A stretch of DNA of 64,000 nucleotides. Origin: an uncultured Methanosarcinaceae archaeon (GTDB lineage: Archaea > Halobacteriota > Methanosarcinia > Methanosarcinales > Methanosarcinaceae). Position 1 is the stretch's first letter. Each line of letters begins with the position of its first letter. Both the position numbers and the translations under genes were made by a program. Shown here piece after piece: positions 1 to 10,609 of the stretch. Below the pieces are notes generated by a model that saw only the letters and a list, made by a program, of their open reading frames with translations, ran no database searches and was not told the origin of the DNA. Where the stretch lies: positions 432,601 to 496,600 of the forward strand of contig CAVSHT010000005.1 of assembly GCA_963727895.1 (NCBI GenBank). Direction: 5' to 3'.

Positions 1-311
1 TTTATGCGATATATTCAGCTTTATTTGTTCTTACACAGAAAATAACTTGTGATTGAAAGAGCAAAGGATATTCAAAGTCCGATTCTGATGAATACTATGA
101 AATTACCTATATTGCATGAAAATAAGTAGCAAAAAATCTTGTTTTAAGGAAAGTAACTCAGGCAGTAGCTTATTGACTTATTTGTGTCTGTTATGTAGTA
201 AAATTACTGATTTTTTGCAGGATGTTACATATTATGAAATTTTGTTGTAATCTATATTCCGGGTGTCGGCTGAAATAATAAACTAATGCCTGAGAAACTG
301 ATTTATGTCAA

Positions 312-443
312 TTACTTTTCTTTCTTACCGGGTTTGGATGCTTTTTCTTTCTTTGACGACTTATCAGCTGGAGCCTTTGTCTGCGGCTTTGCACAGGAAG
401 CACCGGCTTTTGGACTGTCGCCTATTGTAGATTTTTTTGCCAG
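312..443 (-). CDS. Small Lys-rich protein (43 aa, CTG start), not in the ORF track
   Basis: Manual translation MAKKSTIGDSPKAGASCAKPQTKAPADKSSKKEKASKPGKKEK*; GAGGTG SD 7 nt upstream; TATA-like TTATATAT further upstream. Confidence 0.5.
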   Translation of the reverse strand: MAKKSTIGDSPKAGASCAKPQTKAPADKSSKKEKASKPGKKEK

Positions 444-629
444 TTAAAAACACCTCTTATATATAATTTTAAGTAAGTACATAGGGATACTGTCTTAAAG
501 TTATATATAAGTTTCCTGCCCCAATTCTCTATCAAAAATTCCTATTGAATCTACATATCAATAATATATTTATATAATAGGTTTTATTTTGTGCCTTTGA
601 ATTTTTAAATTTTTAAAGAATCCGATATA

Positions 630-1001
630 TTATCGAGATCTTTTTCTTCTTGCTTCTTTTCCCGTTTTTTCTAGTCTTTTATTTATTATATACTCTCCAA
701 TCGGATTGACAAAACCAAGAAGGATTCCTAGCCCTGTAAAAATGTAGATCAACGGTAAAAATTTTTTCCAGATCAGTTTTAGGGGCAAAATCTCCATATC
801 CCACAGTTGCCAGGGTGATAACCGAAAAATAAAAGGAATCAAGCCATCTCCATCCTTCAATCCCTATGGTAAAAAACGGTGCCCACTGCGAGAGTTATCA
901 CAGTTAGATACACGAGTGATCTGAATTTCGGGTCTTTAAGCAGCGTTATTAGTGTTCTGAAAAAATGTCCAGAATGTATAAAGAAAAGGAATCATTATCA
1001 T
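630..1001 (-). pseudogene. Two-TM potassium channel (Ion_trans_2, KcsA/NaK-like), frameshifted
   Basis: Joined frames give WRWLDSFYFSVITLATVGYGDFAPKT with the TVGYGD selectivity filter; several single-base indels, possibly sequencing error. Confidence 0.8.
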
Positions 1002-1079
1002 TTCCCCTGGAAAGTTAAGTCACTCAATTCAAGTTTGTCTCAAAAAGTACTTGCCAAAATTTTGAGTAAGTTTCTCCCC

Positions 1080-2537
1080 CTAAAAATACGAGCTCTCAAT
1101 TAGATCCCACTTTCTAAAACTCTGTCCAAGAAGATAAATAGCAAAAGGTATCATCAGAAGATTTAGAAGCCCATAATAGGAGCTAAACATTGACAGGATA
1201 ATATTTACCAGCAGGAGAGGCATGATTGAGAGTGTATATATTGCAAATGTCTTGCCGTTATAGAGGTTTATGGAAGGAGAAAGCCCTGTCAGATAAATAA
1301 GTAATGCCAGCCCTATTGATTTTCCTCTCAATTTCGCTTTGAAACCATGTAAAGCGAAATTGAGAGGAAAAGCAGCAGGGCTGGCAGCAGAGATTCAGGA
1401 TCTTTTTTAAGGGTGAGCAGGATAAGAATTATAAGCGGAATCAGATTAAGGAAAAGGTAACTGTTTAGTTTGCTCTTTATCATATCCGAAACTTTCAGGG
1501 GAAGGAAAGCATACGAAGTAAAGATATCGTATTCTGTAAGCCAGTTATACATTGAAGATGAAAGTACTCCGAGAACAAGGGAAAACAGGATTAGAGTATT
1601 CAAAGTCGGGAGAACTCTTTCCAGAGCTGAAAGAAGCGTCCAGATCAGAGACGCAGGCAGCAGGAACGAAAAAATTAACTTTCCGAGTCCTCCTTCACTT
1701 CTTTTCAGGTCAAGGAAATCCTTTGAGACAAAAGCTGCATACCTGTATGAACCAAGCTTCTCCGCACAGCCTGGAAAATGAATTTGGAAAGCTTTTTTTC
1801 TCAGAAGGGAAGTCTACCTTCAGGAAAAGCAGGGATAAAGCCAAAGGGATGATTATAAGCACAGATGAAGAGCAGAAACTGGTTTTTTGATGGAAGCAGG
1901 AAAAAAGAAAGGCTTGGCAGGGTATAAAATATTTCTGAATCCAGATTTCCGGAAATAAAGAGCAGGAAGAATACAGCCAGCCAGCAAACCCGAAGTCAGC
2001 AGCTTTCCGGAATGTGCATAAATAGTAGATAAGAAAAATACCAGGGAAAGCCCGATCATAAAGGAAAGAGAAAGGGTCAGGAGGAGAAGGAGAAGGGTAA
2101 CAGGAAAATGGAAATTTTCTGTCGGGTATAAGGGCTACAGCAAGTGAAAAGCCTGCAATGAAAGGCAGCACGTAGAGAACAAAGTAGTATACGATATCTT
2201 TTACCAGGAAGTTTGCAAAGATCAATCTCTCGGAAACGGGAAGCGTCCTTGAAGAATATGCTATCAGGCTTGCCTGCCCAAAACGCCGGTTCATGAATTC
2301 CCTACCTAGAAGCCCGAAGGCTCCTACCATGCCTGCCAAGAAGTAAGAAACAGATAATGCATTCCCGAGCGCTATCTGGGCATATGTAAAGATTTCCCTG
2401 AAAACCGGCAGAACAAGGCTTACGAAAAAAGTGAACAGGAAGATAAAGAAAGGAAAGAGGGAAAAACCATTGTTCCCGAAGAGATTTGAATGCATTCTCC
2501 ATTCTTCTTTAAGCATGCTTTTGAATATATCAAACAT
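1080..2537 (-). pseudogene. Polytopic membrane protein (likely permease of the adjacent ABC ATPase), split by frameshifts
   Basis: Consecutive hydrophobic fragments 1710-2537, 1853-2059, 1328-1603 and 1080-1331 downstream of the ABC ATPase. Confidence 0.7.
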
Positions 2538-2730
2538 AAAATCCCTGCTAGTTTTCCTCTTTATATTGATTATATTTTTGTTATTTTCCTCTTACTATTG
2601 CTCTTACTTTTGTGCCTTTTTATTTCTTTATCATCTTCGTTCTTACGTATCTTATTTTTAATCCAGTTTTACTTTTTATTTAATATGTGTATACAAAATT
2701 ACTAGAGAATCTCACGTGCCAGACTTTTTG

Positions 2731-3480
2731 TTACGCGTACTGTGCATGTGTACTCGAAAAAGTCTCGAAATCCATTGGTCGGCTTACAAGTTCAAGGAAG
2801 AATTCTTCAAAATTTTTGCCCTGAAGGACAGGATCGTCCAGGCGACCTGTATAAACCAGTTTTCCTTTGTAAATAATTCCAATGCTGGTACAGATCTGTT
2901 TTGCAATCTCGAGGATATGTGTCGAAATAAAGATTGTTCCTCCGTTTTTCACATAACCTACGAGAAAATTCTTTACTTTTTTCTGCATTACAGGATCCAG
3001 GTTGATAAGAGGCTCATCGATAATAGCAAGCTCGGGCTCATGAAGGAAAGCCTGCGCAAACATTAATTTCTGCCGTGTGCCTCTTGAAAGGTCTTTGCAC
3101 AGCGAATTTTTCTGATCCTTGAAATCAAAGAATTCAAACCATTTTTCGCAAATATCTTCGTATTGCTTCATTTTCCTGATCTTTGCAACGAAATGGAGAT
3201 ATTCTTCTGCAGTCAAAAAACTTGGTGGCGTTTCCTGTTCAGGAATAACACCTACGAGTTCTCGGACTTTTATTGGGTTTTCAAGCACATCCACTCCATG
3301 TACTTTCAAGAAGCCTGCTGTTGGTTTTATTTGACCGGTCAGCATTTTGATCATGGTAGTTTTTCCAGAGCCATTCGGACCCAGAAGGCCAAAAAGTTCA
3401 CCTTTACCAATGGAAAGAGAAACTTCATTTACTGCTTTTGTACTTTCGTAGTATTTAGAAAGATTTCTTATTTCAATCAT
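2731..3480 (-). CDS. ABC transporter ATP-binding protein
   Basis: Walker A GPNGSGKT, LSRG signature, IIDEP Walker B, STH switch; likely start MIEIRN at 3480. Confidence 0.92.
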   Translation of the reverse strand: MIEIRNLSKYYESTKAVNEVSLSIGKGELFGLLGPNGSGKTTMIKMLTGQIKPTAGFLKVHGVDVLENPIKVRELVGVIPEQETPPSFLTAEEYLHFVAKIRKMKQYEDICEKWFEFFDFKDQKNSLCKDLSRGTRQKLMFAQAFLHEPELAIIDEPLINLDPVMQKKVKNFLVGYVKNGGTIFISTHILEIAKQICTSIGIIYKGKLVYTGRLDDPVLQGKNFEEFFLELVSRPMDFETFSSTHAQYA

Positions 3481-3912
3481 CTTTAAGGCTCCCGAAAAGT
3501 CATTATTTACAGACAAATAAGGTAAAATGCCAGTAGAATTCATTAGAGCAAATTATAGATCAGAAATCAATTAAATTCAGAGTCAATCAAGAGTCATAAT
3601 TTTTGGAAGAACCAGGATTAGAACAAGAATTAAGGTTGAACCTGTAATTCATTAATAAAATTTTTAGTGTTAAAATGTACATCTTAAAATATATAAAAGA
3701 GTTTCGTACACTACTTTCGAATCTATAATCCGGGCTAAAATCAGGATTTAAGATTCTGCCCTGATATCGTTTCCAGCAAAGCACAAAAACATTATAAGAA
3801 GCTTGTAAAAGGCCAGAAGAATTTAAAGGAGAATTATAAAATCTAAAAAGATACTAGGTTAAATAAGTTTTAAGTTACATCAAATTGACTTTTCTCTTTT
3901 CCAGCTTCTTTC

Positions 3913-4279
3913 TTAGACCCTTACTTTTAACTTGTGAATATTTCCCGAAGAAAATCCATCATTTACCGGGCTCAAAGCGTTAAGCTCACTTGCAGTCTCG
4001 TTTAGAGAAAGCATAAAATCCGTCCTTATCCTGAAAATGAGCTCTTCAGGCTCTACACAGCAAAAAAGAGTTGGTTCACCCTCAATTATCCGGACATATC
4101 CTTTTTTCTCCATTTCTCTGAGAGTTCTATAGATTTTGGGTCTTGGGACTCTGGCATCTTTCTGCAATTTCACTGGCTCGTGCCTGCTTAAGGCAGACAA
4201 GCACTGCGTAGATTTTGGCTTCGTTTTCAGTAAATCCCAGTTTTTGAAGATTTTCTACAATTTTAAGAGTCACTCTCAT
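3913..4279 (-). pseudogene. TrmB-family transcriptional regulator, one frameshift
   Basis: MRVTLKIVENLQKLGFTENEAKIYAVL...VPRPKIYRTLREMEKKGYV; frame break near 4160. Confidence 0.75.
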
Positions 4280-4309
4280 TTCCCTCCTTTCACCCAGTCT
4301 CTGTTAAAT

Positions 4310-4766
4310 TCATCTAGCTTGTTGACTAACAGCCTTTCTTAAAATCCTCACCATTGTCTCGAGACTCTGCACATAGTCTTCTATATCCTTCTCATCTACA
4401 AGCTTAAGCAACTCATCAATAATCTGATTGGAATAGTTATAACATTCTAATCCCTTCTCAGTCAGCGAAACGAGCACTTTTCTTCGGTCTTCAGGATCAG
4501 TTTTTCGAAATACCATTCCTTTTTTCTCCAGATCATCAACCATTCTTGTGAGGCTACTTTTTTCCATCCCCGTGTACTTCCCTATAGTTGAGGGCATGAT
4601 TTCACCTTCCATGCCTATGATCTTGATTACCATGGGTTGATTCTTGCTCAGATTTTTAAACTTGCTAATAATTTTCTTCTGAAAAGTTTGTTCAAAAATC
4701 AAACTATCAAGAGCATCTCTTTCCAGTCATCAGAAGAATTGTCTTTTTCAGCATTGCTTCATCCAT
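4310..4766 (-). CDS. MarR-family transcriptional regulator (N-terminal frameshift near 4720)
   Basis: KSSLTRMVDDLEKKGMVFRKTDPEDRRKVLVSLTEKG MarR wing motif; upstream ATG at 4766 is in another frame. Confidence 0.8.
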
Positions 4767-4858
4767 TTTTTTCTCACTGTATCCCTTAAACTCGATTCTG
4801 ACATTGTAACGTTTCAACGAAAATATTTTTTGACTGTATTAAATAATATAAAATAATA

Positions 4859-4916
4859 TTGATTTATCAACTATTGATTTGCAGATATTTGATTATTCAA
4901 TAGTTGATAAATCAAC
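4859..4916. promoter_or_regulatory. Perfect 19-bp inverted repeat, probable MarR operator pair
   Basis: TTGATTTATCAACTATTGA (4859-4877) / TCAATAGTTGATAAATCAA (4897-4915) upstream of marR. Confidence 0.6.
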
Positions 4917-5136
4917 AATGTTGTAACCATATTTAAGCTTCACGGTTTACCTGTACGCAAAAAACTCTGATTTTCAAAAATTATTATTTGGAAAGTTAGA
5001 TGGATTAAAAGGTTTAAAATAGAATAAAACTAAAGACTTAAAACTGGTTGCAAAATTTATTTCATTCTTTGACTATCAGCTTTTACCTGGGGACTCATCC
5101 CTGAAAGAAACACTTTTTGAACTCAAGTCCTCATTT

Positions 5137-5902
5137 ATGGATTATTTTAAAGAAAGAGAAGCCGAAATTAATGGTTCTCTTCTTGTTGTACTGGCTGGAG
5201 AAAATCTTCTCTTTCTCGGACTGCCTGGAACAGCAAAAACCCAGCTTGCAAAAAATATCTGTCAATCTATTGAAGGTGGAAATTTTTTTAATTATCTCCT
5301 TACAAGCTTTACCACTCCTAAAGAGCTATTTGGTCCTCTATCCTTAAAAGCTTTGGAAAAAGACGAATTTCGTCGAAAAATCGATGGCTGTATCCCTACT
5401 GCACATATTGCTTTGCTGGACGAAATTTTTAAAGCAAGCAGTGCGATTCTGAATAGTCTCCTTACAATTCTCAATGAGCACAAATATCACAACGGGCAAG
5501 AGATTGTAGATGTACCCCTGCTCTCGGTTTTCGGGGCATCCAATGAGTTCCCTGATGAAAACGAGAGTCTTGAAGCCCTTTATGACCGCTTTTTATTCAG
5601 ATACAGATTGGCTTATATTCAGAACGAAGAGAATTTCCGGAATCTTCTTTTCAGGAACCCTGAAGAGTTCAAACCTGTTTTAAGAATCACTGTTTCCTCA
5701 ATATACGAACTTCGAGAACGTGCAAAAGATTTTTCTGTTGACCCTGATGTTGAGATTATTATAACTGAACTTAGAAAAAGTCTTCAGCTTCAAGAAATTG
5801 AAATCTCAGACCGGCGCTGGAAAAAAGTTGTTCAGGTACTCAAGGTTGCAGCTTACAGTAGCGGGTGTAAAACCGTGGACAGAACAATGGTACTTCTGCT
5901 TC
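5137..5902 (+). pseudogene. MoxR/RavA-like AAA+ ATPase, 3'-truncated by IS6
   Basis: GLPGTAKT Walker A, LLDEIFKASSAILNSLL, EALYDRF, SDRRW RavA motifs; cut at the IS6 end. Confidence 0.85.
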
Positions 5903-6510
5903 GGTTTCGTTGCAAAAAATATCTGTTAAGGATATAATCAAATAAAAGGGAAGTAAAGGATAATGACATGCTATCTAATCCCTTTAAATGGAAGCATTTT
6001 GTGGGTGAAATTATTTTATTGAATGTTAGATTGTACTTAAAATATCCATTAAGTTATCGAAATTTAAAGGAAATGATGGCAGAAAGGGGAGTAATAGTCA
6101 ACCATACAACCATTATGAGATGGGTACATCAATACTCTCCTGAAATCGAAAAGAAGGTACGTAGATATTTAAGACCAACTAATAACTCTTGGAGAGTTGA
6201 TGAAACCTGTATAAAAGTGAGAGGTGAATGGAAATATTTTTACCGAGCAGTTGACTCAAATGGAGATACAATTGATTTCATGTTAAGTGCAAAACGAGAC
6301 CAAAAAGCAGCGAACAGATTCTTCAAAAAAGCTTTGAATTCTAATCATAATCAAATTCCAAGAGTAATCACAGTTGATAAAAATCCAGCTTATCCACCTG
6401 CTATAAATAAACTGAAAAATGATAAAATACTACCTATAAACGTAGGCATTCGACAAATCAAGTATTTGAATAACATTATAGAACAAGATCATAGATCCAT
6501 TAAACGAATA
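5903..6510 (+). mobile_element. IS6-family element, truncated by IS1
   Basis: IS6-type end GGTTTCGTTGCAAA at 5903; transposase 5968+ with WRVDET, YRAVD, TVDKNPAY, YLNNIIEQDHR. Confidence 0.9.
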
Positions 6511-7249
6511 GGTATTGCTAACTAAACATAGTTAACTCTTTATTTCTGTATTTCATCAATAGAATAACCGAGTACTTTAGCATTTCAAGACTTTTTTTAT
6601 AACACTTTGTCTTTCTTCTCAATCTTGCTAGAAAGTGCCTCAATATGCTGTTATATCCCTCAACTGTAAATGTTTCTGCTTTTGATTGAGTATGAATAGT
6701 TTCTGGAAGAAACTCTGCATATGCCCTCCAGTGATCTGTCATCACTTCTCCAATGTCTTTTTTCTTCAATTTTTCCCAGAGTAGTTTTCCAGTTTCCGTT
6801 CCTCTACTACCAAAAGAGCAGTTGATGAACTTTTTCCCAACTCTATCAACAGCAATCCAGATCCAGCAATATTTTTTTGTTACCGATGTAAGTGTGCATT
6901 TTATCCATTTCAACAATAGATATCTCATTTTCACTTTTTAGGTCTTCTAACTCCTGACCAAATTTCTTTATCCATCTTTGGACAGAAACATGACTCACCC
7001 CTAAAAATCTTCCTATTGAACGAAAGCCCAATCCTTCAAGATAGAGTTGTAAAGCCTGTCTTTTTACAGAAGCGGAAAAAGCAGTTGATTTTAGCTCTAC
7101 TGTATAGTTATAGCCACAATCATGACATTTGTAGCGTTGACGCCCGCCAACTATACCATTCTTTTTGTGACTGGAACTATTACATCTGGGGCAGTTCATG
7201 AAGAAATATACTTTCTAATAATATATAACTATGTTTAAGTATCAAAGCC
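6511..7249 (-). mobile_element. IS1-family element (InsA/InsB), defective
   Basis: CPRC..GRQRYKCHDC zinc ribbon, InsB VMTDHW; TIR ends GGTATTG/CAAAGCC; slippery run has 7 A instead of 8. Confidence 0.92.
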
Positions 7250-7289
7250 AAATAAAAAAATTAATTTCAATAAGAATACCTCTATAGGA

Positions 7290-7673
7290 ATAAATTCTAA
7301 AATAACCAAATTTATAGGGTTTGATCTCAAAGGAGCTGACCTTGAAGGAGCTAATTTTAAAGGAGCTACTCTTAAAGGAGCTACTCTTAAAGGAGCCAAT
7401 CTTGAAGGAGCTACTCTTAAAGGAACTAACTTTACAGGAGCTAACCTTGAAGGAACTAGCCTTATGAAGGCTGACCTTGATGGAGCTAACTTTAGATGGA
7501 CTAATATTAAAAGAGCTAAGTTTGATGGATCTAACCTTAATAGAACTAATCTTAGAGAAGCTTATTATTTGACATTTGATCAATTTTCTAAAATGGTAAT
7601 TATTCAACATACAGAAAATCAGTCTAACATTTTTGATTTTGACTTGTCATCTATAAGAAGCCTAATCTTATAG
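7290..7673 (+). pseudogene. Pentapeptide-repeat protein fragment, 5' end lost at the IS1
   Basis: LKGADLEGANFKGATLKGATLKGANLEG repeats with 15-bp periodicity. Confidence 0.8.
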
Positions 7674-7987
7674 ACAATTGATCTTTTGTTCTATTGCAAA
7701 AAAGTTAGTCATTTTACATTATAAGTGAAAAACCTTCACGATTAGGAAAGTTAATCACTCTTATCACCTAGAAAAATAGGTATATAAAGGTCCAATTATA
7801 GCCTTAAAGGTAGGAGAAAAAATTTTTTCAACACAACTAAGGAAAGGGTACAAAGCAAATTTTATAAAATTAAGGTTCATTACCTCTATTTTGCTTCTCA
7901 TGACATCTACACTGATATCGAACCATTAAGGGTTTAATGACATTTCGATATTTCAAAACACTAATCAAATAAAAATGAACGATTACA

Positions 7988-8971
7988 ATGTATGTCTGTA
8001 GAATAAATATATGTAATTATTTTCAAGCTGATATTAAAACGATTACTCGGTTTTTTTATCCTCTTATCCTTTTGGTGTTATTTGCAGGTATAGCTCAAGC
8101 TAGTTATATCACTGTCAGTCCTTCAGGCTCAAATGATCAAAATGTTATCAATCAGGCTCTTTCAAAAGTAAATCAATCTGGTAATGAAACTGTCTATCTA
8201 ACTTCTGGAGTCTATGACATTCAAGGGCAAATACTTATAGGATCAAACACTGTTCTAACAGGCTCATCAGGCGCTATTTTAAGAGTTCATCCTTACTCAA
8301 TAACTAATTATCCTGATGGAACCGGAGTTATAGGATTCAGAGGCAATTCTATTAATAACGTTGAAATTTCTAATTTTGAAATCGATGGAAATATTGAAAA
8401 TCAACCTAGTGGTTATTGGGGAACTGGTTATGAGAGAATAATCAATTTTTGGTGTGACTCTAGCAATCCAGGAAGCAATATTTCAATCCATAATATGTAC
8501 ATTCACGATAGTGCAGGAGATGGAGTACAGATTTGTTTTGCCAAAAATGTCTCTTGCTATAACAATAATATGAGTAATCTAGAACATGATGCTTTTTTCT
8601 TCCGTGATGTTATAGGCTCAGAAATCTATTCTAACAAAATTGCAGGAATAACGGACGATTGCGGGTGTTTAGATAATTGTCAGGATGCTAAGGTTAAAAA
8701 CAATCTCTTTTATTCTTACAATGGAACCAATAATAACAGTGCTATAGAATTTGGAGAAAACGGTTTTCAAATCGGTGATGAGAGCAACAAACCAGGTGCA
8801 ACCGAAAATATTGAAGTTTCTAATAATGTTTTTCAGAATATAGGATTAGCTGGAATTCAGTTGGATACACCAGGGTTAGCACAAACAGAGAAAGTTTCCA
8901 TACACCATAATATGTTCTATAACTGCGATTTTGAATCCAACGAACCATGGTGTGGTGAACTATTAGGGTGA
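7988..8971 (+). CDS. Secreted right-handed beta-helix protein, probably C-terminally truncated
   Basis: Hydrophobic signal-like N-terminus, INQAL..VYLTSGVY start motif, Asn/Ile-rich coil repeats. Confidence 0.7.
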   Translation: MYVCRINICNYFQADIKTITRFFYPLILLVLFAGIAQASYITVSPSGSNDQNVINQALSKVNQSGNETVYLTSGVYDIQGQILIGSNTVLTGSSGAILRVHPYSITNYPDGTGVIGFRGNSINNVEISNFEIDGNIENQPSGYWGTGYERIINFWCDSSNPGSNISIHNMYIHDSAGDGVQICFAKNVSCYNNNMSNLEHDAFFFRDVIGSEIYSNKIAGITDDCGCLDNCQDAKVKNNLFYSYNGTNNNSAIEFGENGFQIGDESNKPGATENIEVSNNVFQNIGLAGIQLDTPGLAQTEKVSIHHNMFYNCDFESNEPWCGELLG

Positions 8972-9196
8972 TGTTCTTACTTTTTTATATTTCCAGTAAC
9001 ACTGTGTAGTTGACGGAGTTTTGTCTTCAAATAGGATGGATTTAAGGGATTTCTACAGAGCCGATAAAATAGAACTTAATATAATCAAATAATCTAATGA
9101 TAATTCCTTGTTATCAATCATTAATTCGTCTATACTTAATATAAATACTATTTTACTACTAAATTATTTCTTATTTTGGATCTTTTAATAATATTT

Positions 9197-9332
9197 GACA
9201 GTGTAACACAAGTTCAGTAAAATCACAAATTTTTAAAAGTTATTGAGTAGAAAATTCCACATCAGAAGATCAATTTTTTTTACTATTTACAAAAATTTAA
9301 CTTAGAATTTACAGCAAATTCGCGACACTGCC
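9197..9332. mobile_element. MITE (136 bp) with 8-bp TSD
   Basis: Ends GACAGTGT...ACACTGCC; TSD TAATATTT at 9189-9196 and 9333-9340; same ends as 47783-47917. Confidence 0.8.
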
Positions 9333-9336
9333 TAAT

Positions 9337-9363
9337 ATTTAGTCCTGTACGTTAGACTCTGAA
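9337..9363 (+). repeat. 27-bp direct repeat, copy 1 (att-like)
   Basis: ATTTAGTCCTGTACGTTAGACTCTGAA, 26/27 identical to 17288-17314. Confidence 0.8.
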
Positions 9364-9699
9364 TAGTATATAAATAAAAAAGAAATGATTGTTTACTACT
9401 ATTCTTTAATAGATTTATCAATTGACAATTACCTTGTTAAGTGTTAAATTTTTTAGTTTTTAAATGTTATTCCATAAATTAAAACTTTGGTGTTTAACAA
9501 AAGCTTCAACTCCTTAATATTTTAAGTTCCTATAAAAGTTCTAATATGTCAAATATATCTTTTTGTAAAATTGTTTCAATGAATTATATTTTATTTTAAA
9601 AAAAGAAGGTTCCTTTGCAAAAAAATCAGAATAAGCATGTAAATCTATAGAAAATGAACAAAAATCAAAATATTCTAGAAGATGTACAAATATTATAAT

Positions 9700-10205
9700 T
9701 TAGATACAGAACCCCGAGGACTGAAGTAAAAAAATTCGTTACACTTAAATAAGGTTATCTGATTGCTGATGACACAGTACTTGATAAACTTTATTCTGAA
9801 AAGATAGGGTTTGTTCGACATCAGTGGAGTGGGAAACATCATTGTACTGTTAAGGGAATTGGTTTGATTACTTTAGTCTGAACAGATGGTACTGTCGTCT
9901 TACCTATCGATTTTCGCATTTATAATAGCGATGAAGACAATAAAACCAAGAATGATCATTTCCTTAATATGATTGATAAGGCTGAAGAACGTGGGTTTAG
10001 GCTTAGATATTTTATGTTTGATACATGGCATGCAAGCGTAAAGAACCTTAAAGCTATCAGGGAGAAACAATGGAATTTTATAACATGATTAAAATCAAAT
10101 CGTTTGGTGAATCCTGATAATACTAAGAATATCCCCCTTGAAACAGTGGAGATTCCTTATCAAAGAATTAGAGTTCATCGCAGAGAATACGGTTTTATTA
10201 CGGTA
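9700..10205 (+). pseudogene. IS701-family transposase remnant
   Basis: YLIADDTVLDKLYS..HQWSGKHH..PIDFRIY..KTKNDHF..FDTWHAS, with internal stops. Confidence 0.75.
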
Positions 10206-10216
10206 AGATTTTAAAA

Positions 10217-10609
10217 TTAAGTCTCTTATAAAGGCAAAGAATCTTGCTACAAAAAACAGTTCTGTAAAGTTATCGGGAGTCTATAACTTTCAACTATATT
10301 TTATAGTAATGAGATATATCTATATAAATGGCTATACTTATATATATTCAATATTCAGAAGACATATATAGTCCCTTAGTTAAAGAATTAGCATGAAGCA
10401 TCCGAAAAACGTGGCGCTTAAGTCTCTTATAAAGGCAAAGAATCTTGCTACAAAAAACAGTTCTGTAAAGTTATCGGGAGTCTATAACTTTCAACTATAT
10501 TTTATAGTAATGAGATATATCTATATAAATGGTTATACTTATATATATTCAATATTCAGAAGACATATTAGTTAAAGAATCAGCATGAAGCATCCGAAAA
10601 ACGTGGCGC
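10217..10609 (+). repeat. Tandem duplication (about 200 bp x2) of the SulP promoter and first codons
   Basis: 10217-10417 and 10418-10609 near-identical; both end in the MKHPKNVA codons. Confidence 0.9.

Noticed and set aside
7242..7610. Ser/Lys/Phe-rich 122-aa ORF on the minus strand
   Set aside because: Antisense shadow of the pentapeptide-repeat gene.
9045..9062. GGATTTCTACAGAGCC motif, also near 50347 and degenerate near 63486
   Set aside because: Probably solitary termini of another IS family; no paired end or TSD could be established.
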